From: a virus
Taxonomy: Duplodnaviria; Caudoviricetes
IMG/VR virus record: IMGVR_UViG_3300037501_000111
Coordinates: 224,001 to 288,000 of that record
DNA length: 64,000 nucleotides
Reading direction: 5' to 3' (one strand)
How positions within the stretch are numbered: the stretch's first letter is position 1; every line of letters starts with the position of its first letter. Both the position numbers and the translations under genes were made by a program. The notes under the pieces are model-generated. The model had not been told where the DNA came from. It saw nothing but the letters and a program-made list of their open reading frames with translations, and made no database searches. Shown here piece by piece: positions 57,318 to 64,000 of the stretch.

Positions 57318-57599
57318 ATGAGCGAACTACGAAGGAGCACTATCAGACGTCTCCGAGAAGAACGAAATGAGCTTCAAAAGAGAGTCTACGCTCTCAATGA
57401 CTCTATCAAAGAGTTGCAACTACTAGAAGACAAGGAACAACATCCTTGTACATGTGTAAAGCTCAATGGTGACATTGAGATTTATAACATGCAAGAACAA
57501 GAGCGACGTGGAAGGGTTCCTTTGGACTTAGGATTGGTCTCAGAGTGCCTAAGTGCTCGTAAAGACTGCCCTATCTGTAAGGGAACTGGCAAGCCATGA
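57318..57599 (+). CDS. Coiled-coil plus zinc-finger hypothetical protein
   Basis: GGGAG RBS; CTC...CPICKGTG. Confidence 0.65.
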   Translation: MSELRRSTIRRLREERNELQKRVYALNDSIKELQLLEDKEQHPCTCVKLNGDIEIYNMQEQERRGRVPLDLGLVSECLSARKDCPICKGTGKP

Positions 57600-58183
57600 A
57601 TCATTGGTTTATCAGCGATACCCACTTTGGGCATGCGAACATCATCAAATATTCCAATCGTCCTTTCAAGGATGTGGATGAGATGAATGAGTTGATGATC
57701 CAAGAGTGGAACAAGTTGGTCAAGCCAAATGATGCGGTCTACCATAACGGTGACTTTGCATTCATGACTTTCGACAAGTTTCGCCTGATGCATCGGCGCC
57801 TCAATGGAGATATCTATCTCCAGCTTGGTAATCATGACAAGATGATTATCCAGCATAAGACGGATCTTCTCAAGCAAGGGAAGATTGTCAGCATCGAAAA
57901 CTACCGCGAGTTGAAGATAGGTGGTCACATGATCGTCCTCTTTCACTACGGTCAAAGAGTGTGGAACAAGTCGCATCACGGAAGTATCCATCTCTATGGA
58001 CATTCCCACGGTTCATTGCCACCATTTGGCAAGTCAGTAGATGCCGGTGTAGACTGCAAAGAGATCACTCACGAGTATCGGCCGATTCACTTGGACGAAG
58101 TACTCAAGTACATGTCTAAGCGAGAACAATCAGTAGTCGATCATCACGGTACTCGTGACGAAATGGGCAGCAAGGAAGACTGA
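57596..58183 (+). CDS. Calcineurin-like metallophosphoesterase
   Basis: SDTHFGH, GDF, GNHD, LFHY, GHSH. Confidence 0.9.
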   Translation: MNHWFISDTHFGHANIIKYSNRPFKDVDEMNELMIQEWNKLVKPNDAVYHNGDFAFMTFDKFRLMHRRLNGDIYLQLGNHDKMIIQHKTDLLKQGKIVSIENYRELKIGGHMIVLFHYGQRVWNKSHHGSIHLYGHSHGSLPPFGKSVDAGVDCKEITHEYRPIHLDEVLKYMSKREQSVVDHHGTRDEMGSKED

Positions 58184-58184
58184 G

Positions 58185-58391
58185 ATGACTCATTCCGACT
58201 TCAAGATTGGCGAAACATTCTTCACATCCAATGGATGGCAATGGTTGTGTACCGACAAGGGAACACGAGTGATTGTTGCCGTCCATATAGAAGAAGGACG
58301 TGACCCATCTTGGTTGAGCGGGCCTCCTTACGCAGTAGCTGAGGTGGTATTCGATGAGCACGACTTCTCTTCCTGCACCCAAACGCCATAA
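58185..58391 (+). CDS. Conserved hypothetical protein
   Basis: MTHSDFKIG...WLCTDKGTR...WLSGPPYAVAEVVFDEHD. Confidence 0.7.
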   Translation: MTHSDFKIGETFFTSNGWQWLCTDKGTRVIVAVHIEEGRDPSWLSGPPYAVAEVVFDEHDFSSCTQTP

Positions 58392-58426
58392 AAACAAACC
58401 TAATCTCAACCTGTGCCGGTCATTCC

Positions 58427-58674
58427 ATGAGTAACGTTCTCAAAATCGAAAACCATAAGTCAATTCTGAGTGCTTCTCGAATCGTTTGGTCAGAAGGCTG
58501 CGCCCCATGCGTGTGGTTCTTCGTGATAACGGTGGAGAATTCGTTACTCATCTGGAAGTTTTGGACTTGGAGGATGGTACTTTCAAGCACAGCGATTTTC
58601 TACATGGTCACTACTTCGGCAAAGATGGTAATAAGGCTATGGCCGATTACCAAGAGCGCCGGGCGAAGCTGTAG
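58427..58674 (+). pseudogene. Hypothetical protein split by one apparent indel
   Basis: Adding one T at 58485-58487 joins MSNVLK...SRIV to LVRRLRPMRVVLRDNGGEFVTH...AKL. Confidence 0.5.
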
Positions 58675-58707
58675 GCTCCCATTCACGGTTCGCGGTTGGA
58701 GGGCGGC

Positions 58708-59535
58708 ATGAGCAAGTTTCTTCTGACTGACTGGGAAATCAATGGGTACGATGACTCTGACTTCATGGCATCGTACTATGATGATAAGACCAATACCATC
58801 GGATTCACCTGCTACGGCAGTACCCGATATCCATCTGCTACTGTTATCGGTCATAACACCGATGGTTCTACTTCGGTAGTGGTGGATGGTGAGAATCTTC
58901 TCATGCCCAACTCTGATACGGTTGAGAAGGCTCGTTTGGTTCTGGAAGAAAACATCTTTCAACGTCTCACTAAGACTGACAAGCGCTTGGTGGATGAACC
59001 TGATGTGGAGGATCTCTCTAAGGGCCTTCGTGTTCGGCTGACTGCCAATGCTCGTATGCAGGTTCGCGCTCTGGAGCCTTGCAATAAGTGCAATGGTTCT
59101 GGTAAATGGGTCAATCCTCGACGAGAGACTGACATTCGTGACTGTTTCTCTTGTGGTGGTTCTGGTCAGCACAAGGGCGCCAAGGTCAAAGGCGAGGATG
59201 GTAAGCAGGCTTACGAGACTCTGCCTGCCGGACTTACAGGTACCGTGGTGGATTGGAACAGCTTCGGCCAGTTCTACGCTTCGGGCTATAACAAGCCCAA
59301 TCGACACAACACTACAGTTCAGTTCCGTACAGACCATGGCAAGGTAGTCCGGGCTAGTCTGTCCAAGTTGCGGCTGGATCGCGACTATCAACCTGCTGAG
59401 TCCCTTCGTGAGAGAGCTAAGAAGCTCTCTTTCGATTATCAGTTCAGCGCTCTGTATCCTCGTTTTGCGTGGGATACTCGGAACTATGCGATGCAGGTAG
59501 CAAAAAAACATGAGAACCAGATTCATTCTGCCTAA
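58708..59535 (+). CDS. Hypothetical protein with a DnaJ-type zinc finger
   Basis: CNKCNGSG...CFSCGGSG; GGAGG RBS. Confidence 0.75.
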   Translation: MSKFLLTDWEINGYDDSDFMASYYDDKTNTIGFTCYGSTRYPSATVIGHNTDGSTSVVVDGENLLMPNSDTVEKARLVLEENIFQRLTKTDKRLVDEPDVEDLSKGLRVRLTANARMQVRALEPCNKCNGSGKWVNPRRETDIRDCFSCGGSGQHKGAKVKGEDGKQAYETLPAGLTGTVVDWNSFGQFYASGYNKPNRHNTTVQFRTDHGKVVRASLSKLRLDRDYQPAESLRERAKKLSFDYQFSALYPRFAWDTRNYAMQVAKKHENQIHSA

Positions 59536-59737
59536 TGGTAAGACAACAATTTCATCCAAAACGTATCTTACGGCTTGGAGAAAGTTGTATCGTCCTATCG
59601 AAAAGGCGACCGATTCCAAGTGCTTTGGGTTTGACCCTGGATTATCTTTCGTAACGGAAGATGGCAAGTACGTTTGGGGTCTAGGGAAATATGAAGCAAT
59701 TCGCCTTAGTGAAGCTCTTCAGCTAAGACGCGGCTAA
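59510..59737 (+). CDS. Hypothetical protein
   Basis: 75 aa ORF overlapping the upstream gene. Confidence 0.55.
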   Translation: MRTRFILPNGKTTISSKTYLTAWRKLYRPIEKATDSKCFGFDPGLSFVTEDGKYVWGLGKYEAIRLSEALQLRRG

Positions 59738-59752
59738 ATCTGTAGGGTTGTC

Positions 59753-60469
59753 ATGAAGTTCGATCTTTCCAAGACGTTCGATGTTACCAAGATTACTCAC
59801 AAAAGCCGTATCCTGGTGGGTGCGGTTCAGGTCAACAAGCCCTTCATCTACCACGATGCCAGTTACGAATGTGCGGCGTGGTGGGAAGATCGTGAAGCTC
59901 AGACTGGAGTGTATCCGGTCTATCTTTCTCGAAGATATCACCACCCCAAGCATCTGACCATCACGGCTCACATCAAGGCTAAAGTGGTGGACGATTACTT
60001 TCCTGGCCTCTGGGGAGGTATACCCTACAAGCCCAAGCACATTGGGGAGGAGCGAATCATTCGCCAGGGTATCGAGGTGGTGGATGCCATCGAACGGACT
60101 GGCAACTCTCCGGGTAGTGACCTGGATTGGTTCATCCACCCTTCGTGGTGGAAGGTGTTCACGGATGAGGCTGAGGCCGAGCTTCGTGAGAACTACCGCA
60201 GACTGTCGGAATTCTGGAACGAGTGGAATAATCTCGACCCCCAGACCTTCAAGGCAAAGATGGATGGTCGCTGGGAATTTGATGATGAGTTTCGTTCCAA
60301 GATTGGAATGATTGCTCACTTCGGAGGTCACTTGGAAAAGTGGGCACGTCGAATCGAGAAGATTAACTGGTGCTCTCAGTATCACAAAGTGGGTGGAAAG
60401 TACGATACGGAGTATCAGCGCAACAACTTCGCTCAGAATACTGAGTGGACTAAGGCACTCGAAATCTAA
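59753..60469 (+). CDS. Hypothetical protein (238 aa)
   Basis: Long ORF with consistent codon bias. Confidence 0.7.
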   Translation: MKFDLSKTFDVTKITHKSRILVGAVQVNKPFIYHDASYECAAWWEDREAQTGVYPVYLSRRYHHPKHLTITAHIKAKVVDDYFPGLWGGIPYKPKHIGEERIIRQGIEVVDAIERTGNSPGSDLDWFIHPSWWKVFTDEAEAELRENYRRLSEFWNEWNNLDPQTFKAKMDGRWEFDDEFRSKIGMIAHFGGHLEKWARRIEKINWCSQYHKVGGKYDTEYQRNNFAQNTEWTKALEI

Positions 60470-60477
60470 GCATACAC

Positions 60478-60720
60478 ATGAAAGCATACATTTTCCTGAA
60501 GGATGGTCAGAAAGAGGAACAACTTCTCGCCAAAGTGGAGAATTTGGAAGTTGTTCCTTGTGGTATCTATGTTATTGATGGTGTAGAGTACCAGTACACC
60601 GGGCAACCCACCTTCATCATCGAGAAGACCCCTTATCTATATGGTGGTAAACATCAATTGACTAGGGTGGAATTCTCTGTGGAGAAGGTTGGAGAGGTCA
60701 AGCGACAAGGCGACATGTAA
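60478..60720 (+). CDS. Hypothetical protein
   Basis: 80 aa co-oriented ORF. Confidence 0.55.
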   Translation: MKAYIFLKDGQKEEQLLAKVENLEVVPCGIYVIDGVEYQYTGQPTFIIEKTPYLYGGKHQLTRVEFSVEKVGEVKRQGDM

Positions 60721-60878
60721 GGTGCGTGAATTCTTCATTGTATTCAGTGTATTGATGGCATTATTTACATGGTGGTGTGGCTGGACAGGCCAACCTCGTA
60801 AAACATGCGGCCTCAACATGCTGAATACTTTGCTCAGCTTGGAACTTATTAGAGTGTACGGAGAGAAAGAAAAAGACA

Positions 60879-61070
60879 ATGGGTGATAAAGTCAAGGGCT
60901 GGCATAGTCGTAAACCTAAGAAGCACGGACAGTATTCCGAAAAGAAGAATCGTCCATTGCGCCCTGATCAAGACAAACGTAATCCCTCAAAGGATTCACG
61001 TGGAGATTACAGAAATGGCCGTTATGTTCAGTGGGATTCGGACGAGCGCGAGTACGATTTCGGAGACTAG
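60879..61070 (+). CDS. Small basic hypothetical protein
   Basis: 63 aa; GGAG upstream. Confidence 0.5.
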   Translation: MGDKVKGWHSRKPKKHGQYSEKKNRPLRPDQDKRNPSKDSRGDYRNGRYVQWDSDEREYDFGD

Positions 61071-61305
61071 CCATAATGAAAGACGCAATTTGGGTCTTCA
61101 AGTCTTTCGGTTTTAGGTCCGGAATACTCTTTGTCCTTGGTTCCATCGGTACGAAAATCAGGCGCCTTTTCGTCTGATGAAGAGGCTCGGCAAGTCGCCG
61201 CCCAGTTTGGCATTTTTCCTGGACAAACCAGGCATATACTGAACTATCAATTCAACGAAGAAAACGAAAACAGAACGTTACACTAGTCTCAACAAAGGAA
61301 ATAAC

Positions 61306-61614
61306 ATGCGATTCACAACGATCAGCGGTTCGATTTACGAGGTGGATCGAAAGAACAAGAAGATTCGACGCCTCAATGGCAATGCCGATCCTACCCCTCG
61401 TCAGGGCAAAGATGGTGAGTGGCGTGGTTATCTCAACGAGCTTCACATTGAAGTTGGTCAGCCTGTCGTTATTGCATGGGCCGATGCTCATCAACTAACA
61501 GAGGAAACCATGTCTCTTCTTGGAATCTCCGAGAAGGAAGCACCTCCTCCTATGCCTGGTAGAACTACTTTCACTTCCCGAGTGGTAGAGATCGACGACA
61601 AAGTTTACCACTAA
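61306..61614 (+). CDS. Conserved phage hypothetical protein
   Basis: AAGGA RBS; FTTxSGSIYEVD...IRR...TPR...TSxV motif. Confidence 0.7.
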   Translation: MRFTTISGSIYEVDRKNKKIRRLNGNADPTPRQGKDGEWRGYLNELHIEVGQPVVIAWADAHQLTEETMSLLGISEKEAPPPMPGRTTFTSRVVEIDDKVYH

Positions 61615-61870
61615 TCAGTATTGGGATATAATCCCATAAGGTTAGGAAAGTGTTTCGTGTATATGGTGCGCCAACAAGGAAAAATAATAGTCTCATTCAC
61701 TATGTTTGTGGATGCATGGCTCTATGTGTTCTTGGAACTAGAATCGTATGCACGGATTGTTGGGCCAGAGGGTATCTGGATAATCAATCCTGGTAAACAC
61801 TCGGTAAACTAAAAGACTTAGCCGCTACATAATCTGCGGGTATTCGAAAATTCCGCTGACACTGTAACGG

Positions 61871-62065
61871 CTCCCATTCACGGCAACCGCTAGCCGATTG
61901 CCGTGAATCGCTTACGAAAACGGGGCACACGAGCCCCATTGAATGACGGAGCTAAATCTCCTCAGAGAGATGACGTAACGGCAGACGATGCCGGCTCCTA
62001 ACTACCTCGTCTCATGACGAGGCAATCTTTTCTTACAATGCGACGAGTAACGTAGATGTGATGAA
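61871..62065 (+). ncRNA. Candidate structured non-coding RNA
   Basis: Chain of hairpins including a perfect 11 bp ATTCACGGCAA/TTGCCGTGAAT; no ORF. Confidence 0.45.
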
Positions 62066-62069
62066 ATCC

Positions 62070-62450
62070 TTACCAATAATGGAGATCGTCTTCATACTCT
62101 AATACATCATTATATCTTTGTCCTTTGGGTTGGTTCACAACCCTTAGTTCAAGATTGATAAGTCTGTTATCAGACTTATCACCATTGATATGATGTATGT
62201 TTTCGGAGGGTAGAAGTTTTCTCCCTAAATGTTGCTCCATTACATAACGGTGTTCATAATACTGTTGTCCGTTTACATAAATACGTCTATATCCACTAGA
62301 CATTTTGTAGCCGGATCCTTTGGGGCCAATAGTTTTGGTTTCAATATTTATGACAGTTGTACCATCATCTAGCATTCTGTCATAATGTGATTGGCAATAA
62401 CCTTTAGCGTGGTGAGGTCTTTCACAATTTTCTACTTTACAAAGGCGCAT
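62070..62450 (-). CDS. HNH endonuclease with an N-terminal zinc finger
   Basis: CKVENCERPHHAKGYCQSHY; YEHRYVMEQHLGR...IHHINGDKSDNRLINLEL; AGGAG RBS. Confidence 0.9.
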   Translation of the reverse strand: MRLCKVENCERPHHAKGYCQSHYDRMLDDGTTVINIETKTIGPKGSGYKMSSGYRRIYVNGQQYYEHRYVMEQHLGRKLLPSENIHHINGDKSDNRLINLELRVVNQPKGQRYNDVLEYEDDLHYW

Positions 62451-62558
62451 TATCTTCTCCTGTTAGTAATATAACAGGGCCAATCGTTAGCTAGCGGGCA
62501 GAAGTTTCTTCTTCCGGGATAGTGTACGATATGTCTCGTCAAAAAAGGAATACACAAC

Positions 62559-62978
62559 ATGAGCACTTCTCTCGATATCACGGTCACGCTCGTCCAGACG
62601 GACGGCCGAATCGACCTTGACCAGTCCACGGCGGCCTTCCGTTCGGCGGCTCTCAAGCGCCAGGCGGAGCTGGAGACCGAGAAGACCGAGATCGCTGCGG
62701 CGGTTTCGGCCATCTTCGACCAGCACTACGGCAAGTCCATCCCGATGCCGACCCTCGGCTCGATGGTGGCGCAGGCCCTCAACGCTCAGCCGGAGAACTT
62801 CGCTGTTCTCAGCGAGCGTGCCCTCAACTACGTTCGTGAGAACAGCCAGGGCGAGGTTAAGGATGGTGTCGAGGAGCGTCCCAATTCGCTCTTCGTCATC
62901 AGCAAGGGTAAGGGCGGCGGCTGCGGTCGTCGTGCGGACCTTCCGGTCAAGCCGGCCAAGGGCAGCAAGACGGTCTGA
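62559..62978 (+). CDS. Hypothetical early protein, paralogue of 54130..54576
   Basis: AAGGA RBS; highly GC3-rich; DGxxDL, IFDQ, KGKGGG motifs. Confidence 0.8.
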   Translation: MSTSLDITVTLVQTDGRIDLDQSTAAFRSAALKRQAELETEKTEIAAAVSAIFDQHYGKSIPMPTLGSMVAQALNAQPENFAVLSERALNYVRENSQGEVKDGVEERPNSLFVISKGKGGGCGRRADLPVKPAKGSKTV

Positions 62979-62997
62979 GCGTCTCGGAACATGAGCG

Positions 62998-63024
62998 AGG
63001 GGCTAGCAATCCTAGCCCCTTTCT
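62998..63024 (+). terminator. Terminator-like hairpin
   Basis: AGGGGCTAG-CAATC-CTAGCCCCT-TTCT. Confidence 0.6.
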
Positions 63025-63112
63025 CGTAAGCTGTTAGTGCGATAGCTATTCAATCTAACCGCTTCAAAGGTCGTCAAATTCTGAACGAAACAATCAAGAC
63101 CAAAGAGACAAC

Positions 63113-63454
63113 ATGAGCCAGCACAACAAGAAGCAGTTTCACAAGCAGGAGCGCAAGGTGACTCAGGAGTTCAAGAGAGAGCAGATCGAGCAGATCGAGC
63201 TGGGCGAGGAGGACAAGTGGCACCCGACTCCCGAGAAATTCGCTGCTTATCAGCTTCGTGATGTTGCTCAGTGTGAGAGTAACCTTCGGCTCATTCTGGC
63301 CGGCCGTTCTGGCCTGACACTCAAGGAGCTGAAGGATTCAACGCTCCACACGGCCCAGACGGTCGAGTCTCAGGTGAGTACTTGGCTGAAGTCTGGCTAC
63401 CTGGTGGAGAGCAAGGGGCGTCTCAGCTTCAACCCATCTTACCAGGGTCGCTGA
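63113..63454 (+). CDS. Hypothetical protein with a possible C-terminal winged helix
   Basis: GLTLKELK...VESQVSTWLKSGYLVESKGRL. Confidence 0.65.
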   Translation: MSQHNKKQFHKQERKVTQEFKREQIEQIELGEEDKWHPTPEKFAAYQLRDVAQCESNLRLILAGRSGLTLKELKDSTLHTAQTVESQVSTWLKSGYLVESKGRLSFNPSYQGR

Positions 63455-63727
63455 ATGTTTCCTTCTCCGAAGGAACTGGATGTCCAGTCCAAAATTCAAT
63501 TGGATGGCTGGGTTGATCTGGATTCGGAGAGATGGCGTGAGACTGATAATGATCCATCCTTGACCAAGAAGTGGTTGAGAATGCTGATGCAGGAGCCCGC
63601 CTATCTCTTTACGGATGCAGATGGCCGAGTATGGGGCAAGGGGGAAGACGGACATTACTATCCTTACCATTATGAATATGGTAAGAAGAAGTACGGAATT
63701 CGTCTTCCAAAGAAAGCGGCGAACTAA
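63455..63727 (+). CDS. Hypothetical protein
   Basis: Starts directly after the upstream stop. Confidence 0.6.
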   Translation: MFPSPKELDVQSKIQLDGWVDLDSERWRETDNDPSLTKKWLRMLMQEPAYLFTDADGRVWGKGEDGHYYPYHYEYGKKKYGIRLPKKAAN

Positions 63728-63760
63728 CCGGCTTTCATTCACGGGACAACGAGAAACGCA

Positions 63761-64000
63761 ACCGACTTCGAGAATCTAGTACTGACAGAGCTAAGCCGCG
63801 CTTGGCATTCTAATGTCGTCAAGTTCTCTTGGAAAGGCAGCGGTATCATTGCTCCTAACTTCCGTATTACGGATGCTGAGGGGTATTACGGACAGTGGAC
63901 AACTGCTACCCGTGAGATGAGCTTCTCTCGTTGTCTCGTGAAGGACCATCCTTGGAATGAAGTGCTGTAAGTTCTCAAGCATGAGATGGCTCACCAGTAC
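63761..64000 (+). pseudogene. SprT-like (HExxH) metalloprotease fragment with an in-frame TAA; runs off window end
   Basis: YYGQW...REMSFSR.LVKDHPWNEVL-TAA(63968)-VLKHEMAHQY; no in-frame start codon found. Confidence 0.6.

Larger units (their letters stand above)
45940..63742 (+). repeat. Dispersed 11-mer CTCCCATTCAC, 25 same-strand copies
   Basis: Exact copies at 45940, 46569, 47551, 47788, 47892, 48761, 49864, 50099, 50211, 51284, 51415, 52208, 54054, 54945, 56169, 57286, 58676, 61871. Variants (1-2 mismatches) at 46779, 47393, 48313, 49119, 50578, 52721, 63732. Confidence 0.95.

Noticed and set aside
45878-61146. Long antisense or alternate-frame ORFs in the GC-rich region (e.g. 46301..47218, 47122..47898, 48566..49273, 51351..52097, 58600..59667, 59723..60487)
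   Set aside because: These are shadows of real GC3-biased genes; they lack RBSs and often translate the repeat motif as LPFT, APIH or VNG.
45940-63742. CRISPR or integron interpretation of the CTCCCATTCAC repeats
   Set aside because: The repeat is only 11 nt, spacing is irregular (about 100 to 3000 nt), and it lacks attC-like palindromes; no cas gene or integrase is visible.

Overview
This window is a 64 kb fragment of a large tailed (jumbo-type) bacteriophage genome. No rRNA genes or bacterial housekeeping operons are present. A Myxococcota (Polyangia-like) host is inferred from the SUMF1/FGE protein, Cys-rich lipoproteins, sigma54-type promoters and GC-rich early genes. There are four blocks. 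(1) 1-19.5 kb: large Thr/Gly/Ser-rich virion fibre or appendage genes built from shared modules, plus three LamG proteins. (2) 19.5-32.9 kb: nucleotide and translation accessory genes (DHFR, ThyX, IMPDH/GMPR family, IF-1, DEDDh exonuclease, SET domain, HD nucleotidase, dUTPase, FGE domain). (3) 32.9-45.5 kb: about 18 translationally coupled Zn-ribbon paralogues that mostly share a C-terminal helix ending in hydrophobic-hydrophobic-F-S-stop, with a kinase-like gene and RF2 embedded, followed by three proteases. (4) 45.8-64 kb: an abruptly GC-rich, almost entirely plus-strand early-type region of small cassettes punctuated by 25 same-strand copies of CTCCCATTCAC or close variants, with sigma54-like motifs, several structured non-coding segments, RadC/JAB, a phosphoesterase and HNH genes. 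The strongest candidates for undescribed biology are the C-terminally tagged Zn-ribbon array and the CTCCCATTCAC cassette system. Many small accessory ORFs carry single-base homopolymer indels or nonsense codons, which may be real decay or assembly error. All calls come from reading motifs by eye; no database searches or folding programs were run.
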